Shown: in pieces, positions 26,766 to 39,041 of the stretch | Numbering within the stretch: position 1 is the first letter of the stretch | Layout of the letters: every line of letters begins with the position of its first letter | The notes under the pieces: model-generated | Database searches by the model: none | The model's input: only the letters and a program-made list of their open reading frames with translations | What the model was told of the DNA's origin: nothing | Origin: Takakia lepidozioides | Lineage: Eukaryota > Plantae > Bryophyta | DNA length: 64,000 bases | NCBI GenBank assembly: GCA_030704615.1 | Contig: CM060733.1 | Span: 39,432,001-39,496,000, forward strand | Direction: 5' to 3' | Program-made: the position numbers and the translations under genes

Positions 26766-27525
26766 TCAAATAAAGGGCACTTGACCGCCTCTCATTTTTA
26801 ATAATTGGGAGTTTATGTCGCGCGTGTGGGACAGGGCGCACAGACGCGGGGTCGCCCTCCCCCGCCCTGCCCACCCCCACCTGTCAGCCGTGCACCACGG
26901 TCGGCAGCCCCGCAGCCGCCCGCGGCCCTGCCCGCCCGCCCTCGCCGTTGGGTTCGCCCGCCATCGGGTCCCTAGTGGGTCTGCCCGGGATGGGTCTACC
27001 CAAGATCGGTCTGCCCGCTGCTGGCGCATGTCGTCTGGCAGACCACCCTAGACCGACACAGCAGACCCAGACCTACGTGGCGCGCATCTGCCCGTCCAGA
27101 TCCGGTTTTATCCAAACCGTCCGGATTTAGGGCATGCCATCGCACTTGCCAATCTCCTCAGACCCCCTTGTTTGTTTGTTTTTTTTCTCTGTTGTCGGTG
27201 TTGCTTGTTGTTGTTTGTTGTTTGACTGTTTAGAACCAACAGACTCGCCGGTTGTGAAGAATCCCTTTGCATGACTCCATGGACTCTCTGGCCATGTTAG
27301 AGTCCATCGTTTCAAGCCACAGCCTCTTTTGTTCATATGCTTCTACTATTTTTGCTTTGTTGTTCGCCTATTCGTGGGACTGTTTGAGCGCGGGGAAGTG
27401 AGTTACATTGAGTTTACAGTGCAGACTTGAATGGAAGTATTTAGGTCTTTGCTAATAAGTACGACTCATTTTAGCGGACAACAATTGAGAATTGGCCTTT
27501 CCTAACACCATTGCAATTGAGTTAC

Positions 27526-30500
27526 ATGAGTGAAGAAGAAGAAACCCAAGGGCAGAACTTGGAAGTTGAAAACAGTTTGCAAATCTGGAAGTACAGGTTG
27601 AACGGTCCTCCCTTGGAAAATACATTTGTCCGGAATGAGGTTCGTGGTATTCGTGACTACATCCTGAGTCTGTATCCACGGTCGGCTGATCCCATTGCAT
27701 CAATTCAGGATGGTACCGCTGGCCGCGCAGCAGGCCTCCCTCCTGCTGCTGTAAAGGCTTTTGAGAGCGCCGGTCAAACTAGCAGAGCCAGCTCAGTGGA
27801 CATTTCTTCCGTGACCCGTCCTCCAGCGGACCTTTGTACCTCTTCAGCAGACCCTCAGCAGACCACATTGCGTGGTCGAACTGATTTCCCATTTGGCAGA
27901 CCATGGCGACCTCCACAGCGGTCTGCAACTGATGAGGACGACCCCACTCTTCCGAAGTTTCATTGTGGGGAAAGCAATCAGCATCTGGACTGGTACAATG
28001 AGCTTCACCGCATCGTCGTCTCTCGGTGGACCGTTGCTCCGCAGCACTCCTCAATGGAGTTCACGGCGGAGGAGGCCACCCGTGTTTTGGACAAAGCCCG
28101 TGAGTATGGAGTGACGCTTCTGGCAGAGGAGACTGAGCCACCGCTTATCGCGCAGCTCTTTCTCATGCACGACCCACGCCCACTGGAGATAAAGCACATG
28201 GCCATCGCCCACCCAATATTTGTCCGAAGCACTTAGCGAGCTTGACAGAGAGTGCTTTTGAGGAGATGGCAGATTGTTTCCTCCGTCGTCAATGGATGCA
28301 ATTTGGCAATTTCAGGTCTTACACCAAATTAAAAAAAGACCTACACAACTTGCGGATGGACCTGCTGCATGGAAGCGAAGAGGCTCGGGAAAGTATCACG
28401 CAAGACGCCATGATGTGGTTTGTGACTGTGCAAGAGCGTGCGATTTTCGACATTGCATGCAACAAACGACATGCTTTCCAAGTGCTCTGGAGCGGGTTTC
28501 CAGCAGAGGACCGTGTTGCAGCTCTGGGAGAGCTTGACGAGGCCTTCATGGATCGGCTGATGAAAGATATTGGGCTGTGGACCACAGTCCTAGATCATGG
28601 TAAGTCATCAGACCTAACAGACCTTTATTAACAGACCTTTAAACAGACCTTGTCGTTCACCACGAACGCAGACCTTCTGGCAGACTTTATGAACCATGAC
28701 CATGTATTCTTCCATTTGTTAGCAGACCAGGGATGAGTGCTTTGTTTTTGACGTGTTTGTGATATGTTGCAGAGTATAATCCAGAGGACGAGCTTGTTCG
28801 GAATGCTCTTGACCAGTACGCCAATGGCGCAAGGTTCTAGGAGTCCTCCGTGGCCATACTGGAGTCGAGTCACCCATTAAAAGTAGGCTCATTGGAGTTC
28901 GTACAACAGCAAACACACAGAACCCAACTCCCATGGAGACCCAGGAGGCCCGCAGCGAGCAGACCCTTCCCAGCAAACTCCCAAATACCGACATGTGAAC
29001 CAGCAGACCCCCGACTGGATTACGGAGAACAAGGAACAGCAGACCCCCGACTGGATTGCTAGTGATCCCAAGCCCGAGAATGTAGGTGACAAAAACTTTT
29101 CGTTGCCAAAACAGACTTTCGTGGAGGCATTGCACACCTTACCTGAAATTACCGGGGAGACCTTGGTTATGCAGACCTTTCCAAATAACAACTTCCACAA
29201 CACCGGACATGAGCAGACCTTTCCAGATCAGCGGGCACCCATCACCTTCCCAAAACAGACCGCTGCGGTGGAAAACAGACCTGGGCGGACCAGTGCAGGC
29301 CAGAGCACACCACAGCAAACCCGACAAGACCAGACAAGACCAGACCACACCAAATCAGACCAGACCACCCCACACCAGACAAGACAAGAGCAGACCACAG
29401 AAGACCATACCACACCAGACCAGACCAGAGCGAAGGACTCCAGACGATCCGAGTGCACAACAGACCATACCCCAGAAGACCAGACCAGACTGTATCAGAG
29501 CAGACATTTCCTGACCAGTGCAGACCTGATCAGATCTTGCTGGAGCAGAGGAAAGAAGATCAAACCTTGCAGGAGGACACCCTGCCTGGTACATTGCTTG
29601 ACAAATGCACCGCAGAAGTGCATCGCGACGCAGGTATGGACGCCGACACCTCACCATTCCAACATCAGCAGACCTTGTCATTGCAGGACATCAGACCATC
29701 TGAAGACCTGGCGATAACCCAGGAAGCAATGCCGATCCTCCCTGGCACTTACGAGTTGCCGAAAATGAGAGGAGCAATTCCTTTCCCCCCCACTGCAACA
29801 TCTGCTGAGAAGCAGAGAATGGTAGTGGACCTTATCTTTGCCACCAGACCTTCTAACACAGCACAGCCTGAACAGAACCGAGAAGGTGTCAGTGCTCATT
29901 TATCCATAGTACAGACCAATTCTGCAATTGCATCTATAGACTATGACTGTGACAGTTTGGTCGGTGACCTTCCCCATCTATTAGAGGCAGGGTCTACAGC
30001 AGATGACGATGCATCTTTGGCCGTTTTGCCGCTTACTTTTGTGGACCCCGACTCGTCTATAGACCCACTACTGGCAATAGACCAATCCGTTGATAGGGTG
30101 CTCCGCATGTTCGACCCCACAGCAGACCATTTATCAGACCTTGTCGAAACCCATGCCCATGTTTCTGTCCCTTCTCATTCTCTGGAACTAGTCACTGTAG
30201 TTGAAGATGTACCTGCCACAGGAGTGGCGCAATTGCAGACACCCACAGCGCCCACAAAGGTCTGATTCCATTGCATTTTTGCAGTGCATTTTTTTTTTCC
30301 CAGTGCATTTGGGTGGTCATTCCTAATGTTTTGTGGTCTGATATTCGTGTGAAGCTTATGGCGTCTGAGGTCTCAGCTTGTGGTCCATTGCAGGTGCTCA
30401 ACTTGGGGTCAAGCACAAAGGGTGTACCAGTAGTGATAACCCCCATCGTAGGGGCCAGTTCAACCCATGGGGTGCAGGAAGCGTCTAGAACAGGACCACA

Positions 30501-32016
30501 GAGTGTTAATAAACCCCAAGACAAAATCTTGTTGCGAAGCCGAGCTAGCCAGCTCCGGGAGGGTATGAAGGAGACGGCTGTTGCATTGGAAAAGAAGTTG
30601 GAGGAACCTGCTTCACCAAATAGAGCTGGGAAGAAGCGCATACCAGATGGCGTGGCAGACCCGAGGCTAAAAACAATTTCCCCCCAAAAAGCCGTTGCAA
30701 AAAAACCGAAGTCCGGAGTATACATAAGTGCTGACCGGAAGGTCTGCTTGGGAGTGGAGAGCGAAGTTGCGGAGCTCCGTAACAAACACAAGTAAGTGTC
30801 GATGGTCTGCTTGCGATGCTCTGAACACACCAACTCCATGGGTCTGCAGCAAAAAGGTTGTTTGGGTCTGCTTCATGGGTCTGCTGGGTCTGATGTGGCT
30901 GCCGTTCGTCCGCTCCATTGGCCTGCTCCATTGGTCTGGTCCTTGGGTCTGGTACTGTATCCGTTGTAGGTCTGGTCCTTCTGGCTGTGGTCCTTCTGGG
31001 TCCGCTAGCCCAGTTCTGTCGTGGTCTATCTTCGTAAAGGTTTTTTCCGAATTTGTGCAGGTTCACTGCCCGATTTGGCCCCACTTTCAACGCACATATC
31101 TCTGAGGGAAAAGCAATGTTGTACTTTTTTGAAAATGACCCACAGTTTGAGTGCAGTGTTGCCACCGAGGACCTCAAAGCCCTAGAGAAACAGGAATCCG
31201 AGGCTACAGACCAATTGCTTGAGTTGTGGTGTAGGTTTTATCAGAAGGATCTGGATGTTCAAGACATATAATGATGTTGTTATTTTGCCGACGTGGGTTT
31301 GGAGTGTAGTGAAGATTCACTAGAGTGCAGGTCAGGAACGGGTTCGCTCGCAGGTGGAGCACGGATTGACAATGCATCGTATGGGGAAGGACTTGAAGAC
31401 CTGCAAGTACATACTGGTACCAATAGTTGATGGGTAAGTGTTCTGCGTTCGTGCGTACCATTGTTTCTCTGCCCTTTATCATTGGTCCACCATCACTGGT
31501 CTGCAACATTGGTCTGCCCAGGTCTGCCCAGGTCTACCAGTCTGCTCAATGGGTCTGCGATTTTGATTTGCAGCTGTTCCCTTGTGCTGATGCGCTATGC
31601 GTTGTGGCAGGTCTCATTGGAGTTTGGTGATTATTGACCGGGTGCTCCGTTTGTTCACTCATCTGAACTCAATCAAGGAGATGCACAAACCCGTGGAGAT
31701 ATTGCCATGGGTTCGAAATGTGTATGGAGCATGTCTCGGCTTGGAGCCGCACACTGCGTCGTGGGACAAGGCCACTGCATTCAATTTTCATGTCCCTGAA
31801 GTGCCACAACAACCCTTCTCGTGGGAATGTGGCTTTTACGTCATGTCCTTTATCGAGGGGTTCTACGACTGGTTGAAGGGCGATCGTGGCAAAGGACTTA
31901 GAGAGAGATGAAAGCCGTTTACCTCAAAGTGGTTTACATTCCGCTATGCTTGCAGGCAACGCCTAAAGTGTGTTGAGTACATTTTGAAAGCACTCAGTAT
32001 TATGGAGAAGTTGTAG
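27526..32016 (+). pseudogene. Multi-exon TE-borne gene ending in a Ulp1-like (C48) peptidase domain
   Basis: Splicing GTAAG(31435)..CAG(31610) joins KYILVPIVDG to SHWSLVIID, followed by HLNS and VPQQPFSWECGFYV. Further GTAAG donors at about 28599 and 30792. N-terminal exons are of unknown or low-complexity type. Premature stops present. Confidence 0.8.
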
Positions 32017-32109
32017 AGAGGCAGTTGTCATCTAGGAAGATGTCGGATGTGTTAGACTCTTCCGATGTCCGGGTTATTTCATCTAGGCCGAGCAATAAAT
32101 GAAAATTTA

Positions 32110-33000
32110 CTCATGTGGTCTGTGGTGCAGGTCTGTTCATTTTTATATATGATGTGTCTATTCACTTTTGTGGATCATTTCATTAGTCTGCTGTCGTGGT
32201 CTACTGCTAAACATTTCTGGTCGATGTTTTGTATTGAGGAGTGCTCCACGTGGTCTGCTTGTGAACCGATGTATGCAGTACTCCTGGCCGTGGTCTGCTG
32301 CTGAACTGATGTTATTGGTCTGCTACTTCCACGGAGTCGAGTGTACTGTCTTGGTCTACCCCTGTACTGTATTGGTCTGCTTCATGTGGTCTGTGGTGCA
32401 GGTCTGTTCATTTTTATATATGATGTACAATTTTGTGGAACATTTCATTAGTCTGCTGTCGTGGTCTACTGCTTAACATTTGTGGTCGATGTTTTGTATT
32501 GAGTACTGCTCCACGTGGTCTGCTGGTGAACCGATGTTATTGATCTCTCGATGTATGCAGTACTCCTCACCGAGGTCTGCTGCTGAATTGATGTTATTGG
32601 TCTGCTACCTCCACGGAGTGGACTTAGTTTGGACCATGGTTGTTGGTCTGCTCCATGAGATAGTGGTATACTAAATTCGGTGGTCGTCTGAATGTGGGGC
32701 ACAGGTCAGACCCATCGTTAGTCGAGTGTACTGTCTTTGTGTACCCCTGTACTGTATTGGTCTGCTTCATTGAGCTATGCTTGCTTCATTACTTTACTAC
32801 ATTTGTTTACTGGTTCTCTTTGGCTCATTTATTGACTTCATTGGTCTCCTTCATCAAACCTTTAAAAAGCACATTAAGGGAGTCGCAGATGCTCTGCCGC
32901 ATTGGTCTACTACAAGTGAGTGTTGGTCTACCGCATGGTCTGCATTGGACAACTGCAGGTGAGAATTGGTCTACCACATTGGACAACTGCACGTCCTTTC
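32110..33000. repeat. GGTCT-rich degenerate tandem repeats (about 271-bp duplication)
   Basis: CATGTGGTCTGTGGTGCAGGTCTGTTCATTTTTATATATGATG at about 32112 and 32383. Confidence 0.85.
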
Positions 33001-33001
33001 C

Positions 33002-34255
33002 TTAGTTAGATTGATCCTTCTTTCTCAGTTCTGGACGATGAGACACCCGCCTCAGAGCCGAGTAAATATGGCTAACAGGGGGAAGGGTAGACACACGTTT
33101 CCCCCCATTTAGTTTCATTTTCCGCTGAGCTTGAAAATGTTCCGCAAAATCTTTTTTCCTCTTCAATGACATATTGTTGTTGTCTTTTACACGATTGAAC
33201 GCTCGTGCTGCAGCTGGGTGTAACATGCCGGAATCTTTTTTGACGAGGATGTCCTGCATCTACCCTCGGCAAACACGCACCGCAGACAAGCAATGGTGTA
33301 TAAGGTATGCGTCGTTGTGTACAAGGTCAAGCTAGTCGGTTATCTCCCGTTTCAAAATAGCTTCCAACAGGTCTGACGTGAGCAACAACTTTGCCGTGTT
33401 CGGGGTTGCGCTTGCACGCACATTGTCATTACCGCTTTCGAGCTCTGCCATGTCGTCATGTTCGTCCAAATTCTCCAGCCCACCGTGAACAGTACCGAGA
33501 TGGGAACCACATGTCCGGACAATGAGACCGTCTTGCAGGTCTGGTTTTAGCAACTTTATGACCCGAACCTAGTGCTTGCACAGATTGCCTTTTAGCGCCC
33601 ACGGGCAGGTGCAGCAGGCCCACTGCGACTCTGGATTGAACACGGTGTACGTTGTATGCGGATCGGAGGAACTGATCACGTATGCAGGCTGCCCAGGCGC
33701 TGCAGGCAAAGTCGCACGTGAAAGAGGTATGTCACGGGCTGCACATATTGCACTGGAAATGTGTTTTTCCTGTTTATCGTTGCGAATAAACCCATGCGTC
33801 TTCAGATGAATGTTGTACCAGTAGTGGACCAGTACACACCCAGTCAACTCCCATATGAGCCAATCGGCTCTTCGACCGGTCATTTTGCCTTTGCCCATAT
33901 TAAGTCTCGCCTTTAAGTTTCCATGGTATGCCTCGATGTTTGCATTAGTATCTTGGCTTGCATGTGGAATGTTGCGGGCAGCCGTACACCACATAGCGAT
34001 TTTGGGAACCCAGTACACATGAATGTAGTGGAGGAACAACTGACCAGCAGGATATTTCTTTTTCATTGCCTTCAATTTTTTCTTAACCCATTTCACAGCT
34101 TCGTCTTCTTTTTGTGGTCCACCTCTGCAGTACATAAGGTCGCCCATATCTGCCAACAGTTTCGAGGATGTTCCCGGATCACTGATTTTCTGGCATGATT
34201 GCTTGACCTAGGCCTTCCGTACATGCCAAAGGCAAAGGAAAATGCATACTCCTGT
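33002..34255 (-). pseudogene. MULE (Mutator-like) transposase C-terminal half with SWIM zinc finger
   Basis: IFLCLWHVRKA* (CxxH motif, about 34206-34240), QDTNANIEAYHGNLK (catalytic E region), ACCTCPWALKGNLCKH (SWIM); the first two catalytic D regions are not seen. Confidence 0.88.
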
Positions 34256-36951
34256 GAACTTCATATGACCCTATTTCCATGCCTCCTAACCCTATTTCCG
34301 TGGACACACAATGATCCGCTCATGCTTTTTTTTTTTTCCACTCATGCTCATGCCGCTCATGAAATAGCAGCCCCCCCCCTATGGTCTGCCCTATGGTCTA
34401 CCCTATGGTATGCCTTATGATCCGTTCTAGGGTCTGCTATATGGTCTGCCCTATTTGGTCTCACGCTTGTGGCAGTGCTGAATACGAATGCCCGGTTCAG
34501 GCACTTCAGACTTTGTGGCCGCATGCAGGTCTTTCTTATCGTAAGGATCGGTTGCTCGCTCACCTCGGCTATAAAGGTGTGAAGAGCGCTGGGGTGGGTT
34601 TATGCCCTAAAGCATCTATGCGGGTAAAAAGCCACTTTGCCGAGTGTGGAAGCAATATTTCAATGTCTTTGGATCTGGACATGACCTCTGAGCAAAACAC
34701 TCAATCTTCCCGTCAGGATGCCCCGATTAGTATCCAGGGCGACTCTTGTGAGGCTTCAGGTGTCTTTGGACAAATGGGTTGTGCCGGAGCAACACCTGCT
34801 TCAACACCTCTTTGTACCCCTACACTTCAACGGAGTACAGGATTACGGCAGCAATCCATGCAAGAAGGTCTTAACTTGTCTGCGAAAAGACAGTTGGATG
34901 CATTTCTGTACTTAAATACTTATAAATATTTGAAATATTGTGTTCATAAAACTTAGAATGTTTTGTATTGCTAGATATGCAATGCAATGTTATCAATAAA
35001 AAATCACAAGGATGCGATAAACGAAATATAAAAGATTATATAACATCATTTATAAATAGGTATAAGTTCTAACAATTTAATTTTCATTTCTACAATGTAC
35101 ATGACACATGTACCCCCAATTTATAATAAGTATATCATATAACCAAGATGAAGTACTTATACAAACAAGCAACATCACAAAATATATAAATATGTATACA
35201 TATTGCAAATGACAACATGTCACTTGTAAATATTGTGTGCTTTTTCTTCATGGAGTTATTGTCTCCTCCACTAGACTACACAAAGCAATGCCCAACCACC
35301 TAAATCCCAAAAATAATGTTTCTTTGCACATAGAAGTACTAAAACCCAAAAGTAAATGAATGGGCGGGGTCTACCTATATCACATGGCTAGAAATGACAT
35401 ACAGTTCAATTTAAAAACTCTTCTTCAATTAATGTTTACCTTATGGCCCTGTTTAGGTTAATTTTTTCCTCTATCTTTTAAATTTGAGTAACTCGACCTT
35501 TGTCCCGTACATTTTATTGCAAATTTTATGGCAAGCCACATCTATACAAGTGTGTCCTAACTGTCATAGCCGGAATGGGCACTACTCTCCTACACCCTCC
35601 GAGGAACTTGCCCCACCTTCCTCCTCATCCCCCTCATCCCCCCTATCCTCCGAGCTCTTTGATGCATCAGTTCCACTATGCCTCTCAAAAATTCCGTCCT
35701 CTCCTTGGGGGACTGTCCACCTCACCTCTTGGGAATCTTCTGCCTCTTCTCCCCCACTTTCCTCAGCAGAATCCAAGACAAATCTACGAGCCTGACGGGC
35801 TCTAATAGCTGCTGCCTCCTCCCTCATCTTCATTTTCTTGAGGCTTGCCTCGTCTAAAATCTGTTGTACACGACTAGGTTCGGAAGACCTCCTAATGGAC
35901 ACCGAAGCAAGCCGGGCAGCATAAGTAGGAAGGATGTAGTCCCTTCTGGACTAGGCATGAAATCCCCCCTGGCAAAAAAATGCACGTTCCTCCTGCCCAT
36001 GAACTGCGGTGTAGACGTCCCTCCTGCAGTACTTGGCATCCTGCGGTAAGAACAAATCCACTTTAAGAATGTCAATACCAGCAGAAGCAAAAAGGGTCTT
36101 TCAATGAAATAAGAGCGCGAAGGGAGGTGCCTCAGGAAATCAGGAAACAACTTACAATGCGACCACTCACTCGTAAACCAGGGGCTCCTCGGCCTCGATC
36201 CCAACTTGTACCTCCCCCTGCTCCTTGTCGGATTCTTCCTCATCCTCCGAGGATGCCTCTTCCTCTTTCGGCAAACGGTCAGCCGCTGCATGTTCGGAGT
36301 TGTGGAGGGCAGTATCTAGCTTGAAGGCGAAGACATGCCTGTCGGACAACGTCCCTGCCCACATTGAAGCACCTGAGGGACAAAGCGGGCGGTTAGTAGC
36401 ATGCGGCATGCAATTGCAATCGGGCCAGGGGACAAACCGTGCACGTGAAGGCTTACCCGTGCCGCATGCCTCAAACATGGGTAACAGGGTCCACAACGGC
36501 ATCAACAAGACGATCCTCGTTGTGGAATTTGAACGTAGACCCTCTCTTCACAAAACAATATGCCTCAAACACCAATGTCTGCACATCCAACAAAAGAGGG
36601 ATCAACTCCAGGGTCTAGTTCAGATACACCACAATATGAAGTGAATGCAATAGTTTGATAACTTACACTCTAGCCCTCTGTTCGCAACCCCTGCGTATTG
36701 ATGCATAACCATTTTTTGAGGAGGACCGGGGTGACACTTTTCGGTGTCAACCTTGCCACAACATTGTCTGTGGTCTTCCCTCTTGTGGCAAGGACCACAA
36801 ATACATCCACCGTCATCCAGGAGCATCCCCGCCAACCCAAACCCGGCTCTCTAGTAGTCCTCAGTAAACCTGTTCCAGGTGGGCACACCATCCAGGCCCT
36901 CCAGCAGCTCCCCATCTGGAATATCGAGGAGAATCATATCGCAGGCTCTCT

Positions 36952-36977
36952 CCCCCCCCCCCCCCCCCCCCCCCCCC
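36952..36977. repeat. C26 homopolymer (G26 on the coding strand) inside the MTase exon
   Basis: Read directly; the frame is maintained across it. Confidence 0.95.
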
Positions 36978-37895
36978 GAGTGCTCTTGCAATCCGTGCTC
37001 ACAGCCGTGAAGAATTCCATCATGGATTCGAAACCAGGGGTGTCTTTAGGCTGTACTAGGAGCCCTCTTCTTGGCTTTCCCCTTCAGCTCCTCCAGAGAC
37101 TTGTTGTGTGCCACCTTCTTCGCCCTGGCAGCCAGAGCGTCAAGGAAGCTCTCATTGACACATTGGATGATGGTTGGGGGTCCTAGCTTTGGCCTCTGCG
37201 GAAACATCACAGCCGGATACCGCCGTGTAGGCTCGCCCTCAAATGCCAACTTCTTGGCAGAGCCAGTCCCAATCCGAACTGACTTGGGGACCCGGACGAC
37301 CGGTGACTTGGTAGCAGCAGCAGCACCAGTAGTCGCAGGACTTTGCACAAAGTTGTCATCAGAGTCACTCCCTTGGGGCCCCTCCTGCGCCTCCTCTGGT
37401 GCCCCGGTGGTTTTCTATTTTTCGGGGGTAACTGTACTCCCCTGTTTCCGTGTCCTTTTCTTTTGTCCTTTATTCTTCTCATTCAATTTCTCCTGAATAC
37501 CTACCTGAGCAAGTTCTGCCGCTTTCCTGGACTTGGCAAGCGCTTTTGCCTCCTTTGGACCCAGCGGAGGCAGCGGAGCCCGGTTTCGTCGGGCCTCAGC
37601 ATCCAGCTTCAATTGAAACTCGGATGAGTCGAGCGAGCCGGGCGGAAGGTCCACATACCAAGGGCAGTCGCCCAAATGTTCCAGATGCCACTCCTTCACG
37701 ATAACGTCAGTGTACATAGAGTCAGCCCCAGGGTTCCTCCATGCGAGGAAGAATGGCGGCTCGAAGGACAGATGACCTTTCTCCAAAAGGGAGAACTTGC
37801 AGTACCTGCATTCAAGAAACACACACAAAATGAGGTCCCGAGAACGAGGTAAATTTTAGGGAATGAAACTACAAAATAGACGTCGAATAGACGCC

Positions 37896-38450
37896 GAACT
37901 GACTAGGCCCGGAACTGGAAAAATGGCGCCGAATTTCCAGTTTCGATGCCAGCCACCCCAGGGACTCAGCCATTTTCGGGGCCCTGAACTGGAAATTCGG
38001 CGCCATTTTCCCAGATTGGGGCCAAAAATGGCTAAGTCCCAGAACTGACTGGGCCCCGGAACTGGAAAAATGGCGCCGAATTTCCAGTTTCGGTGCCAGC
38101 CACCCCAGGGACTTAGCCATTTTCGGGGCCCTGAACTGGAAATTCGACGCCATTTTCCCAGATTGGGGCCGAAAATGGCTAAGTCCCAAAACTGACTGGG
38201 CCCGGAACTGGAAAAATGGCGCCGAATTTCCAGTTTCGGTGCCAGCCACCCCAGGGACTTAGCCATTTTTGGGGCCCTGAACTAGAATTCGGCGCCATTT
38301 TCCTAGGTTGGGGCCGAGAATGGCTAAGTCCCAGATCTGCCTGGGCCTGCAACTTGAAAAATGGCGCCGATTTCTAGACCGAGTGCCAGCCACCCCCTGG
38401 ACAGCCATCCCCCAGGGCCCGAATCCAGAAATTCGGCGCCATTTTTCCAA
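37896..38450. repeat. 147-bp tandem array (about 3.7 units), each unit holding two opposed copies of the TGGAAAAAYGGCGCCGAATTTCCA quasi-palindrome
   Basis: Unit starts 37911, 38058, 38204, about 38349; lies within intron 37806-38496. Confidence 0.92.
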
Positions 38451-39041
38451 GGACTTCTTCACAACTAATTTTCATGTGCCACATAAGGCCTCTTACATCC
38501 TCGAAATGTAGGGACTAAAAAGAAAGGCATCGCGTATGTACTTGTACAGAAGGCGCATTGCCGCTTTGTCCGCGTTCGGCTGGTCGGTGAACTCGTGGCT
38601 CCGGCGGGCATGGGGTATCTCTCGAAAGAATAGGTCGGTTTTGTAGAGCAGAAAGTACCTCGTCACATAGTAGCGTAGGCTCTCTGCTTCACCATAAATC
38701 TCTAGCTTGAACTGATGTGCTTGTGTGTCAAGCTGCTCTTGCGCATTCGTCGTCACCTGTGGAGATTCTCCATCAGACCGCTTTCCTCAAAAAATACAAT
38801 AAATCCATCTGATACAAGAGTAGAAGCCCCAAATGAAGCGTGGGAAAGTACCTGAAACCACCATGTCATGCGGTTCATCCACATGTCGAATGTGGGGTCG
38901 AACAGTTTGTCGGGTTGGGGAAGCACATGTCCCTTGTACTTTGGGAACCATTCCAGATTTGGAGCCACCGGGTCTGTCCAACCCCCCAGCATATTAATAA
39001 GCGCCAAACACCACAAAAACGAATTGCTGCCACAACAAATT

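Larger units (their letters stand above)
35582..39041 (-). pseudogene. Six-exon gene with a degenerate beta-class amino (N4C/N6A) DNA methyltransferase-like domain and acidic tail; 5' end cut by the Gypsy insertion
   Basis: GT-AG introns 37806-38496, 37415-37504, 36579-36666, 36355-36456 and 36041-36170 join the ORF pieces in frame. Motifs in beta order: CDMILLDIPDG (36911-36940), GMLLDDGGCIVV, FEACGTG|TL, RHVFAFKLD. Internal stops and frameshifts. Confidence 0.65.

Noticed and set aside
26731-26800. Helitron 5' end at the TA tract
   Set aside because: No Rep/helicase, and no convincing 3' hairpin-CTRR terminus found.
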